Part shown: piece after piece, positions 55,373 through 64,000 of the stretch | Layout: each line of letters opens with the position of its first letter | Numbering within the stretch: the first letter of the stretch is position 1 | Source of the DNA: an uncultured Oscillospiraceae bacterium | GTDB taxonomy: Bacteria; Bacillota; Clostridia; Oscillospirales; Oscillospiraceae | DNA: 64,000 nucleotides | Direction: 5' to 3' | NCBI GenBank assembly: GCA_947627285.1 | Contig: CANQVL010000009.1 | Coordinates: 9 to 64,008 of the forward strand | Made by a program: the position numbers and the translations under genes | Notes under the pieces: generated by a model | What the model was told of the DNA's origin: nothing | The model's input: only the letters and a program-made list of their open reading frames with translations | The model's database searches: none

Positions 55373-56989
55373 TTATACCTCCTTCAAAGCGTCGTGGAGC
55401 GTCCGCCGGACCGCTCCGGGTCCCGAAAGCTCCGATATGAAATAATTTTCGATTTTTTCCGCCAAGGGCGTTTTCGTGAGATTCACACCGAATATCTTCT
55501 CATTGGAGAGTATCCCCCGCAGCTGCCCGGAGTACGTCTCCGGCGCCCCCACGGTTATCCCCGCAAGCTTCGCCTGAAGCTCCTCCTTAAGCGGGTCGTC
55601 GGAGACGGGCATGGGTGCGAGGGCGTCGTCCACCGCCAAAAGGTAGCGGAGCCACCCGGCGATTGCCAGAGGCACCGAGACGAGCCCGTTCAGATCGAGC
55701 CCCCGGGATATGTAGCTCTTCACCGTCTCGCCGAAGCGTATGCCCACCTTCTGGGAGGTGTCCGTGGCTATCCTCTGGGGCGCGTCGGGCATGAAGGGGT
55801 TGGGGAGCCGCTCCGTCACCACCTCGTCGATGAACCTTCCGGGGTCAAGTATCCCCGGGTGGACCACCACGGGGAGCCCCTCGGTGTAGCCCAGCCTCTT
55901 TATGAGGGCGACGATGTCCGGGTCGCGCATCTCGTCGCAAATAAGGGTGTAGCCCAGCATACAGCCGTATACGCTCATGGCGGTGTGCAGGGGATTGAGG
56001 CAGGTGGTGACCTTCATTCTCTCCGTATTGTTCACCGTCTCCCTTTCCGTCATGTACACCCCCGCCCTCTCCAGTGGAGGCCGCCCGTTGGGGAAGCTGT
56101 CCTCTATCACCAGGTAGCGCGGCCTTTCGGAGTTCACAAAGGGCGCTATGTAGGTGCCCTTGGAGGTGACTATGGGCGCCATATCCTCTACCCCCGATGC
56201 CGTAAGGCTCTCCTCCACCAGGGAGTGGGGGCGGGGAGTGATCCTGTCGATCATGCTCCAGGGGAAGGCGACACATGACTCATCTGAGATCCAGTCGATG
56301 AAATCGCTCCCCACAAAGCCGTTTTCCAGCCACCCTTCGGCGACGGCAAGGACGCTTCCCCTCAGCTTCTCCCCGTTGTGCGAGCAATTGTCCATTGACA
56401 CCAGCGCCACGGGCTTTGCCCCCGCGTTAAAGCGCCGCCAGAGGAGCGCCGCCGTCACGCCCATGGCGTGGCGCACGTTGTCGGGACCTGACTCCATGTC
56501 GCTTTGAGCCGCCGGAAGCAGCGAGCCGTCTGGCCTGTAGAGCGCGTAGCCCTTCTCGGTGATGGTGTAGGATATGAGCTGTAGGGACGGGCTTTCGGCT
56601 ATGGCATAAAGGCGTGAAAGGTCCGCCGGGTCCGAGCCGTCAGCCAAAAGCGCCTCCGCCACCGACGCCGTTATCTCCTTGGAGGTGGTGCCGTCGGGGT
56701 TGAGGGTGACGTTGAGGGTGAGGTTGTCGAAGGGGGCGTAGATCCTGCCGACGATCTCGCCGTCAAAGGTCTCCGCCGCGATGATGCCCCTGTCGGCGAG
56801 CCCCTGCTCCAAAAGCTCCTGCTGGAGGGAGGCTATAAAGCCGCGGAATATGTTCCCCGCGCCGAAGTGGAGCCAGACGGGGCTCTCACGGGTGCGCCGG
56901 GACATCTCGGCGGGGTCAAAGCCCGGGACCCTCACCCCCGCGCCTGCCCAGCCCGGGGCGTCCCTGAGAGATTTCAATTCAAGCTTCAT
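55373..56989 (-). CDS. uxuB: Mannitol dehydrogenase family oxidoreductase (fructuronate reductase-like)
   Basis: HFGAGNIFRGF Rossmann start. AAAGGAG RBS supports ATG 56989. Confidence 0.85.
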   Translation of the reverse strand: MKLELKSLRDAPGWAGAGVRVPGFDPAEMSRRTRESPVWLHFGAGNIFRGFIASLQQELLEQGLADRGIIAAETFDGEIVGRIYAPFDNLTLNVTLNPDGTTSKEITASVAEALLADGSDPADLSRLYAIAESPSLQLISYTITEKGYALYRPDGSLLPAAQSDMESGPDNVRHAMGVTAALLWRRFNAGAKPVALVSMDNCSHNGEKLRGSVLAVAEGWLENGFVGSDFIDWISDESCVAFPWSMIDRITPRPHSLVEESLTASGVEDMAPIVTSKGTYIAPFVNSERPRYLVIEDSFPNGRPPLERAGVYMTERETVNNTERMKVTTCLNPLHTAMSVYGCMLGYTLICDEMRDPDIVALIKRLGYTEGLPVVVHPGILDPGRFIDEVVTERLPNPFMPDAPQRIATDTSQKVGIRFGETVKSYISRGLDLNGLVSVPLAIAGWLRYLLAVDDALAPMPVSDDPLKEELQAKLAGITVGAPETYSGQLRGILSNEKIFGVNLTKTPLAEKIENYFISELSGPGAVRRTLHDALKEV

Positions 56990-57201
56990 GACGTGAGCTC
57001 CTTTCATTGTGCAGATGAAATAATTATATATTCATATCACAACAATTTCAATAAACTTTCCGCGCATTTTCGGCGAATTCATGGCGAAGCTTGCGAAAAA
57101 ATAATTTTTTATTGAATTGAAAAGCCCGAATGTGCTATAATATGTCGCATGTGACATATAAGACGCCGGATTCGGGCGATTTTAAGGCGAGGGGATAGGC
57201 T

Positions 57202-58956
57202 TTGAAGCTCATTTTCAGGTACATGGGAAGATACAAAAGGCTTGTGTTCATCGCTATGGTGATGAAGCTTGCCGGCACCGTGGTGGAGCTGCTTCTGCCC
57301 ACGATTTTTGAGCACATAATCGACAAGGTGGTGCCGGCGGGGAAAATGCTTCCGGTGGTCCTCTGGGGTCTGGGCATGTTCCTCACGGCGATACTCTGCC
57401 GGGAGCTGAACGTGCGGGCAAACAGGCGCGCCATCGACAACGCCCACCGGGTGAGCTACGACGTGCGCCAGGACCTTTTCCGCAAGACGGTGAACCTGTC
57501 GGGGGCGCAGTTTGACGCCTTCGGACTGCCCAGCATAATAAGCCGCATGACCTCCGACAGCTACAACGTCCAGTCCGCGGCCCAGCAGCTCCAGCTCATG
57601 TGCGTGAGAGCGCCCATGATGCTGGTGGGCGGAATACTCGTCTCGCTGTGGATGGACGCCAGCCTCGCCCTCATAATGGTGCTCATGCTCCCGCTTCTGC
57701 TCGTAATAATCCTGGGCGTCTCGGCAAAGGGACTGCCGCTTTACGCCCGGGTCCAGCAGAAGCTTGACGCCGTGGTGCGGGTCATGCGGGAGAACATAAC
57801 CGGCATCCGCGTGGTGAAGGCCCTCTCCAAGGCGGACTACGAGACACGCAGGTTCGCCGGCGTCAACGAGGATATGACAAAAAGCGACATCAAAGCCACC
57901 ACGGTCATGGCGATACCCGGACCCTTCATGCAGATGTGCCTCAATATCGGGCTCGCGCTGGTGGTTATAATTGGCGCGCAGAGGGTGAACGGCGGGCAGA
58001 TGGAGCCGGGTGTCATTCTGGCGTTCCTCACCTATTTCAATATGGTGACCATGGGCATAATGGGGCTTTCCAGGATATTTATGACCATGTCCAAGGCCAG
58101 CGCCAGCGCCAACAGGATCGACACGGTGATAGAGGCGGACACGGACCTGGAGGCGCTCCCCGAGGAGGCGGCGTCAAAGCCCTCGGGAGAGGGGTTCATA
58201 CGGTTCGAGAACGTCTCCTTCAGCTACGGGGAGGACTCGGAGGACAAGTCGGGCTTTGTTGGGGAGAGCCGGGAGCGGGCGCTTTCGGACATCTCCTTCA
58301 CCGTCAAAAAGGGCGAGAGCCTGGGTATAATCGGTCCCACCGGCTGTGGGAAGACGACCGTTATAAACCTGCTCATGCGGTTTTACGACGTGACCTCCGG
58401 CGGGGTGTTCGTGGATGGCAGGGACGTGCGGACCTACGAAAAGGACGAGCTCCGGCGCAGGTTCGGCACGGTGTTCCAGAACGACATGGTGTTCCGGGAC
58501 ACCCTGCGGGAGAACATAAGCTTCGGGCGGAGCGTCACGGAGGAGAACATACTCGAGGCCGTGAGGGACGCCCAGGCGTCGGAATTCATAGCGGGGCTCC
58601 CGGACGGACTTGAGCATGAGGCGGCGATAAAGGGCGCCAACCTCTCCGGCGGGCAGAAGCAGAGGATATTCGTGGCCCGGGCCCTGGCGGCAAGACCGGA
58701 GATACTGGTGCTTGACGACTCCTCCTCCGCGCTGGACTACAAGACCGACGCCGCCATGCGCCGTGCGATAGCCGAGAACCACGGTGACAGCACCACGATA
58801 ATGATAGCCCAGAGGGTGTCCAGCGTCATGAACATGACGAGGATACTTGTGCTGGACAACGGCAAATGCGTGGGCTACGGCACACACGAGGAGCTTATGG
58901 AGAATTGCCCCGCCTATCGGGAGACCTTCAAGGTCCAGATGGGCGAGATAGCGTAA
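57202..58956 (+). CDS. ABC exporter permease/ATPase half-transporter (Walker B Asp variant)
   Basis: GPTGCGKTT, LSGGQKQR, ILVLDDSSSALD (Asp where the catalytic Glu normally sits). TTG start. Confidence 0.85.
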   Translation: MKLIFRYMGRYKRLVFIAMVMKLAGTVVELLLPTIFEHIIDKVVPAGKMLPVVLWGLGMFLTAILCRELNVRANRRAIDNAHRVSYDVRQDLFRKTVNLSGAQFDAFGLPSIISRMTSDSYNVQSAAQQLQLMCVRAPMMLVGGILVSLWMDASLALIMVLMLPLLLVIILGVSAKGLPLYARVQQKLDAVVRVMRENITGIRVVKALSKADYETRRFAGVNEDMTKSDIKATTVMAIPGPFMQMCLNIGLALVVIIGAQRVNGGQMEPGVILAFLTYFNMVTMGIMGLSRIFMTMSKASASANRIDTVIEADTDLEALPEEAASKPSGEGFIRFENVSFSYGEDSEDKSGFVGESRERALSDISFTVKKGESLGIIGPTGCGKTTVINLLMRFYDVTSGGVFVDGRDVRTYEKDELRRRFGTVFQNDMVFRDTLRENISFGRSVTEENILEAVRDAQASEFIAGLPDGLEHEAAIKGANLSGGQKQRIFVARALAARPEILVLDDSSSALDYKTDAAMRRAIAENHGDSTTIMIAQRVSSVMNMTRILVLDNGKCVGYGTHEELMENCPAYRETFKVQMGEIA

Positions 58957-58969
58957 GGGAGGCGGGGAT

Positions 58970-60775
58970 ATGCCCGGAAAAGGAGACAGAGGCGGCGAAA
59001 AGCGCAAGCCGAAGCACGCGAAACGCACGCTTCTGAGGATAATCAAATATTTGGCGGTTTACAAATGGGTGGTCCTTGCCCTGGTCATACTGGCGTTTTT
59101 GAGCAACCTGGGGAACCTCATAGGCCCGCAGCTGGCGGGCGAGGCGATAGGGCTCGTTGAGGAGGGCTTCAAGCTCAACAGGGACACCGGCACCACCGGC
59201 AACGTGGATATGGCGGGGGTGACGCGGTACGCCGTGCTCATGCTTATATTTTACGTGGGGAGCAGTATTTTGAGCTTCCTCATAAGCATAGGCATGGCGA
59301 GAGTCGCCCGCCGCATAGCCAACCATATGCGCCGTGACGTGTTCCACAAGCTGATGGTAATGCCCGTGAGCTATTTTGACCGCAATCAGGCGGGGGATAT
59401 AATAAGCCGCGTGAGCTACGACGTGGACGTGGTGACCACGAGCCTGTCCTCCGACGTGGTGCAGATAATTACCAGCGCCGTTACGGTGGCGGGGAGCTTC
59501 ATAATGATGGTGGTCATATCCCCGCCTATGGTGCTGTGCATGATATTCACAATCCCCGTGTCCGTGTGGTACACAAGAATGATGTCCCGAAAGACACGCC
59601 CGCTTTACTCAAAGCGCAGCGCCGCCTACGGGGAGATGAACGGCTTTGCCGAGGAGATGTTCTCCGGGCAGAAGACCATCCTCGCCTACGCCGGCGAGGA
59701 CAGGGCGACGGAAAACTTCAGCGCCATAAACTCCGCCGCGGCGGAGGCGTACAAGAACTCCGACGGGCTGGGCGTCACAATGGGCCCCACCATCGGCATG
59801 ATAAATAACTTCGGCCTCTCCGCCATAGGTCTCGGCGGCGCGGCGCTGTACCTTCTGGGGATCGTGGGGCTGAAGCAGATATCCAGCTTCGTCTTGTACT
59901 CCAGAAAGTTTTCCGGACCCATAAACGAGATCTCAAACATCATAAACGAGATATACTCCGCCCTCGCCGCCGCGGAGAGGGTATTTGAGTTCCTGGACGA
60001 GCCGGAGGAGCCCAAGGACGCCCCTGACGCCGCGGTACTGACGGACTGCACAGGCAGCGTGAGGGTGGACGACGTGAGCTTCGGGTACGTGCCGGAGAAG
60101 CTCATACTCAAAAACGTGAGCTTAGAGGCAAAGCCCGGCCAGACCGTCGCCATAGTCGGCCCCACGGGAGCGGGAAAGACGACGATCATCAACCTGCTCA
60201 TGCGCTTTTACGACGTGAGCCGGGGGGCGATATATGTGGACGGGCTGGAATCCAGGGACTACACCCTGGACAGCCTGCGCCGGGGCTACGCCATGGTGCT
60301 CCAGGACACCTGGGTGTTCAACGGCACCATATTCGACAACATAGCCTACGGCAAGGAGAACGCCACCGAGGAGGAGGTGGTCAGGGCGGCAAAGGCCGCA
60401 ATGATACACGGGTACATAATGCGCCTGCCACAGGGGTACAAGACCGTGATCTCCGAGGACGGGGGCAATATCTCCAAGGGGCAAAAACAGCTTTTGACCA
60501 TCGCCAGGGCGATGCTTTACAACACGAGTATGCTCATACTTGACGAGGCCACCTCCAACGTGGACACCACCACCGAGCGGCAGGTCCAGGAGGCGATAAG
60601 GGGGCTCATGCGCGGCAAGACGAGCTTCGTCATCGCCCACCGGCTCTCAACGGTCCAGAACGCCGACAAAATACTGGTCATAGACCACGGCGCCCTCATC
60701 GAGCAGGGTACCCACACCGAGCTAATGGCGCAAAAGGGCTTCTATTACAAGCTCTACGCCAGTCAGTACGAGTGA
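58970..60775 (+). CDS. ABC exporter permease/ATPase half-transporter (degenerate signature motif)
   Basis: GPTGAGKTT, ISKGQKQL in place of LSGGQ, MLILDEATS. Together with the upstream gene this predicts one degenerate ATP site, as in known heterodimeric exporters. Confidence 0.85.
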   Translation: MPGKGDRGGEKRKPKHAKRTLLRIIKYLAVYKWVVLALVILAFLSNLGNLIGPQLAGEAIGLVEEGFKLNRDTGTTGNVDMAGVTRYAVLMLIFYVGSSILSFLISIGMARVARRIANHMRRDVFHKLMVMPVSYFDRNQAGDIISRVSYDVDVVTTSLSSDVVQIITSAVTVAGSFIMMVVISPPMVLCMIFTIPVSVWYTRMMSRKTRPLYSKRSAAYGEMNGFAEEMFSGQKTILAYAGEDRATENFSAINSAAAEAYKNSDGLGVTMGPTIGMINNFGLSAIGLGGAALYLLGIVGLKQISSFVLYSRKFSGPINEISNIINEIYSALAAAERVFEFLDEPEEPKDAPDAAVLTDCTGSVRVDDVSFGYVPEKLILKNVSLEAKPGQTVAIVGPTGAGKTTIINLLMRFYDVSRGAIYVDGLESRDYTLDSLRRGYAMVLQDTWVFNGTIFDNIAYGKENATEEEVVRAAKAAMIHGYIMRLPQGYKTVISEDGGNISKGQKQLLTIARAMLYNTSMLILDEATSNVDTTTERQVQEAIRGLMRGKTSFVIAHRLSTVQNADKILVIDHGALIEQGTHTELMAQKGFYYKLYASQYE

Positions 60776-60920
60776 CCGTTTCACCCTCCTTTTTTCACTT
60801 ACAGGTGCATTATACCACTAAGCTAAGTAAAAGTCAAGTAAAATTTTAAAGTAAAGTAAAATACAGCAAGATTTGCAATGTTTTTTCGGGGGAAATCGGG
60901 ATCCGGCGAGGAAGGATGAT

Positions 60921-61355
60921 ATGGTAAGAGAAATTGCGGAAAATGATTTTGACGGTCTTTTGAGGCTTTATACGCAGCTGCGCGATAATCCTTTTCCTGA
61001 AAAGAACGATAAAGTAATCGGGATATGGGAGAGCATACTGAGCGATAAAAATCATCATTTGATCGTTGCGGAAGAAAACGGAATTTTGGTATCCTCGTGC
61101 GTATGCGTCATTATTCCGAATCTGACACATGAGCAGCGTCCATACGCGCTGATCGAGAATGTGATCACCGATGAGAATTACAGAAAAAAGGGTCATGCGA
61201 CAGCTTGTTTGAATTTTGCAAAGGAAATTGCCCGACGCGAAAATTGCTACAAGATGATGCTGCTGACCGGTTCAAAAAGTAAGGATACCCTCAGTTTTTA
61301 TGAGCAGGCGGGATATAACAGGAAGGATAAAACGGCTTTTATACAATGGCTGTAA
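60921..61355 (+). CDS. GNAT family N-acetyltransferase
   Basis: YRKKGHATACLNFAKEIARRENCYKMML acetyl-CoA motif region. GAAGGA RBS. Confidence 0.8.
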   Translation: MVREIAENDFDGLLRLYTQLRDNPFPEKNDKVIGIWESILSDKNHHLIVAEENGILVSSCVCVIIPNLTHEQRPYALIENVITDENYRKKGHATACLNFAKEIARRENCYKMMLLTGSKSKDTLSFYEQAGYNRKDKTAFIQWL

Positions 61356-61379
61356 ATTCCTGCTTGTCAAGACGACGCA

Positions 61380-61469
61380 AAAGCCCTTGAGAAAGGTCCG
61401 CGGACCTTTCTCAAGGGCTTTCCGCACGTTTCCCCCCGTCAAAAAAGGGCGAAGCCATTTTTTTGACGG
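61380..61469 (+). repeat. Hairpin-repeat family, copy F (HP3-linker-HP4)
   Basis: AAAGCCCTTGAGAAAGGTCCGCGGACCTTTCTCAAGGGCTTT, linker CCGCACGTTTCCCC, CCGTCAAAAAAGGGC-GAA-GCCATTTTTTTGACGG. Confidence 0.85.
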
Positions 61470-61495
61470 GGAACGAAACCGCTAACTTGATGACC

Positions 61496-62068
61496 CTATT
61501 TCCAATATACCTTTGCGCCGGATATTTGGATCGCTGCGTTCTTTGGCAGCTTCAACGAATGCAGGATATTCAAATAATCTCCGCAGCTTCCTCCGATATG
61601 TATTAAGCTGAAAACGCAAAGCGTTATGCTTAAAAAAGTATATGTACGCGGGATCACCATAAATAATGTCAATGGAACAAGCCCTAAAATCATTGACGGA
61701 AACAGGTTCACAAAAATAAATCTGTTTCTCGACATTGGCGTGATACAGGTTGCGCCAAGTCCCTGCATTGTGTAGAACAAAAACACATCACTACCCGCCG
61801 GAAAACAAATCGCGTGGAGAAGCTCGTGTACGGGAAAGAATAACAACGCTATTAAAATGCCTATCATCCAGATGGCTCTTGAAAATGCGACACCGCCCAA
61901 AAATACGCTTTTGCAGTAGACGAAAAGGGCGAATATGAGCAGTATCGGCAGCAAAATGACAGCGGATCTTGCGGTAACCTCCGGCAGAGATTTTGTGTCA
62001 GTTTTAACCTCGACCACAGGTAAATTGTGCCCGTCATACTTTCCGATCCACTTGATATTCATTCTCAT
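61496..62068 (-). CDS. Polytopic membrane protein with HExxH motif (DUF3267-like putative zincin)
   Basis: FFPVHELLHAICF, with 4-5 hydrophobic helices. Confidence 0.6.
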   Translation of the reverse strand: MRMNIKWIGKYDGHNLPVVEVKTDTKSLPEVTARSAVILLPILLIFALFVYCKSVFLGGVAFSRAIWMIGILIALLFFPVHELLHAICFPAGSDVFLFYTMQGLGATCITPMSRNRFIFVNLFPSMILGLVPLTLFMVIPRTYTFLSITLCVFSLIHIGGSCGDYLNILHSLKLPKNAAIQISGAKVYWK

Positions 62069-62077
62069 TAACCTGCG

Positions 62078-62554
62078 TTACCCCTCTTTCCCGTCTTCAA
62101 CGTCATCCAATTTCTCGCGGCGTTTTTTGTATATCAGGCGGGAGAGCTCCAGGAGGGCGAGGCAGGGGATAAACACGGCGGCGCTTATTGCGAGGATTTG
62201 AAGGGTGGGGCGGAGGGCGATCGGTCTTTTCAGGATAACAAACGCTCTGACGGAATTGATGAGCCCGAGAATAAATGAGGCTATGGCGCTTGCTATGATG
62301 TTGGCTTTGAGCGTCGGGGTATATTTTCGCGTCCACAGGCCGTTTTTCAGGCAGGAATACACGCCATATACGCTTGCCGCGAATAATGCGGCGAGCTCGC
62401 CCATCAGCTCCTTTAAAGTCGTCCCCAGCAGCGCCTGTAGAATAACGGCGGCAAACAATACCCAGAACACCAGCCAAAAACCGAACTCCTCGATTTTCAG
62501 CATTTTTATGTCCTGCATTTCATCAAGCATATTTTTTGATTTTTTGATTTTCAT
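62078..62554 (-). CDS. Hypothetical 4-TM membrane protein
   Basis: Hydrophobic helices. The start overlaps the stop of the XRE gene. Confidence 0.55.
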   Translation of the reverse strand: MKIKKSKNMLDEMQDIKMLKIEEFGFWLVFWVLFAAVILQALLGTTLKELMGELAALFAASVYGVYSCLKNGLWTRKYTPTLKANIIASAIASFILGLINSVRAFVILKRPIALRPTLQILAISAAVFIPCLALLELSRLIYKKRREKLDDVEDGKEG

Positions 62555-62805
62555 CAGTTTTCCTCCTCGCCAAACAGTTCATCAAGTGATTTTCCCAGTA
62601 CCCTGCAAATTGCGCGGCATAATTTGATCGTCGGATTATAATCGCCCTGCTCTATGGCGTTCATCGTCTGCCGGGAAATGCCGACAGCCTCCGCAAGCGC
62701 CTTCTGCGTCATATCCAACTCCCCCCTCGCCGCCTTGATTTTCAAATTCCTGCCTATTCTGACCACCTCCTCATACAGAGTAACATATATACGAACAAAT
62801 GTCAA
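62554..62805 (-). CDS. Small XRE-family helix-turn-helix regulator (start codon uncertain)
   Basis: MTQKALAEAVGISRQTMNAIEQGDYNPTIKL. A GAGGAGG motif lies inside the ORF-track N-terminus, so the true start is probably downstream of 62805. Confidence 0.75.
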   Translation of the reverse strand: MTFVRIYVTLYEEVVRIGRNLKIKAARGELDMTQKALAEAVGISRQTMNAIEQGDYNPTIKLCRAICRVLGKSLDELFGEEEN

Positions 62806-62826
62806 CTATATACGACAAATTTTATT

Positions 62827-63020
62827 TAATTTTTATAAAATATTTTTTCCAAGGACATGCGCCTTGGAAAAAACACCTTTTGTCGCGCAAGTGTGTCGCC
62901 TTCGGCGACGCGCGCAGCGCGACAGCAGGAAGACCCCCGAGAAAAGCCCGCAGGCTTTTCTCGGGGGTCTTCCGCACGTTCCCCTTGGCATTTAGAGCCC
63001 GCAAAGCGGGCTCTAAAGCC
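62827..63020 (+). repeat. Hairpin-repeat family, copy G (full: HP1-HP2-HP3-HP4)
   Basis: HP1 62843-62873, HP2 62882-62923, HP3 62928-62973 (CGCA loop), linker GCACGTTCCCC, HP4 62987-63020. Confidence 0.85.
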
Positions 63021-63022
63021 AG

Positions 63023-63715
63023 TTATAGTTGCTTTTGTGCGTTTATCTTTATGCCGGGGCCCATGGTGCTGGCGGTGACGCAGCTGCGGATATACTGGCC
63101 CTTGGCGGCGGCGGGCTTGGCGCGAAGGAGGGCGGTCATGAGAGCGTTGTAGTTCTCGGTGAGCTTCTCGGCACCGAAGGAGACCTTGCCGATGGGGCAG
63201 TGGATTATGTTGGTGCGGTCCAGGCGGTACTCGATCTTACCGGCCTTGACCTCGGTGATGGCCTGGGTGAGGTTGGGGGTGACGGTGCCGGCCTTGGGGG
63301 AGGGCATCAGGCCCTTGGGGCCCAGGGTCTTACCGAGGCGGCCCACAACGCCCATCATGTCGGGGGTGGCGATGACCACGTCGAAATCGAACCAGTTCTC
63401 CTTCTGGATCTTCTCCACCATATCCATGGCGCCAACGTAATCGGCGCCGGCTGCCAGGGCCTCCTCCTTGCGCTCGTCCTTGCAGAACACCAGGACGCGG
63501 CGGGTCTTACCTGTTCCGTGGGGGAGGACGACGGCGCCGCGGACCTGCTGGTCGGCGTGGCGGGAGTCGACGCCAAGCTTCACGTGGAGCTCCACGGTCT
63601 CATCGAATTTGGCCTTGGCGGTCTTGGTGATGAGGTCAAAGGCGTCGGCGGGCTCGTACTGGACGGAGCGGTCCACAAGCTTTGCGCTGTCTACGTATTT
63701 TTTACCCTTAAACAT
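63023..63715 (-). CDS. rplA: 50S ribosomal protein L1
   Basis: Typical L1 sequence ([20 protein letters not shown]). Confidence 0.95.
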   Translation of the reverse strand: MFKGKKYVDSAKLVDRSVQYEPADAFDLITKTAKAKFDETVELHVKLGVDSRHADQQVRGAVVLPHGTGKTRRVLVFCKDERKEEALAAGADYVGAMDMVEKIQKENWFDFDVVIATPDMMGVVGRLGKTLGPKGLMPSPKAGTVTPNLTQAITEVKAGKIEYRLDRTNIIHCPIGKVSFGAEKLTENYNALMTALLRAKPAAAKGQYIRSCVTASTMGPGIKINAQKQL

Positions 63716-63719
63716 TGCT

Positions 63720-64000
63720 TCAGCCCTCCTCTACTACGATGCCCATGCTGCGGGCGGTGCCGGCGATCATGCTCATGGCGGCCTCGATGGAGCCGGCGTT
63801 AAGGTCGTTCATCTTTGTCTCGGCGATCTTGCGCACGTCTTCCTTGGAGATCTTGGCGACCTTGTCCCGCTGGGGGACGCCGGAGCCCTTTTCGATGCCG
63901 CAGGCCTTCTTCAGAAGGACGGCGGCGGGGGCGGACTTGGTGACGAAGGTGAAGCTGCGGTCGGAGTACACGGTGATGACCACGGGGGTGATCATGCCCA
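63720..64000 (-). CDS. rplK: 50S ribosomal protein L11, C-terminal part (gene continues beyond the window)
   Basis: [25 protein letters not shown]...MNDLNA. Confidence 0.9.
   Translation of the reverse strand, partial: GMITPVVITVYSDRSFTFVTKSAPAAVLLKKACGIEKGSGVPQRDKVAKISKEDVRKIAETKMNDLNAGSIEAAMSMIAGTARSMGIVVEEG

Overview
This 64-kb chromosomal window comes from a GC-rich member of the Clostridia. That assignment is an inference from gene content: SLH-anchored surface proteins, a YaaH-like LysM-GH18 spore enzyme, DegV, Hsp33 and a split L-serine dehydratase. I call about 60 protein genes, 2 tRNAs (Gly-GCC, Ala-GGC), and no rRNA, CRISPR array, or intact transposase or integrase.

Most genes are housekeeping:
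- type IIA topoisomerase B and A subunits
- glyA, pfkA, rpiB
- ribosomal proteins L21/L27 and L1/L11
- the uxuAB/ogl hexuronate genes
- efflux pumps

Three patches are visibly AT-rich by eye (I did not compute GC) and look accessory:
1. 1-2250 holds a type I R-M hsdS locus, a hypothetical gene and a GNAT. It is followed at 2260-2878 by a GC-rich relic of a MobQ-type mobilizable element (oriT nic motif plus a truncated relaxase).
2. 10370 to about 14000 holds the promoter and N-terminal two thirds of a 1553-aa SLH-anchored adhesin.
3. 60780-62830 holds a GNAT and an XRE / membrane protein / HEXXH-membrane protein operon.

The most notable observations are:
- **Hairpin repeat family.** A modular four-hairpin intergenic repeat occurs at 8 loci. 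It shows compensatory stem substitutions, a conserved CGCR apical loop and strand-specific G-U wobbles. I cannot assign it to any described element.
- **Invertible hsdS cassette.** An hsdS target-recognition cassette is flanked by exact 20-bp inverted repeats. Flipping it would restore a full-length specificity gene.
- **E2-like acyltransferase.** A stand-alone E2-like acyltransferase has its catalytic His replaced (DERxxDG). It is translationally coupled to an acyl-AMP ligase.
- **Zinc-finger lipoprotein.** A predicted lipoprotein carries a DnaJ-type CxxCxGxG zinc-finger module and sits next to hslO.
- **Possible ncRNA.** A gap of about 620 bp without a credible ORF has a promoter-like and a terminator-like signal, consistent with a C/A-rich ncRNA of about 360 nt.

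All calls rest on reading the sequence and ORF translations. No database search was run.
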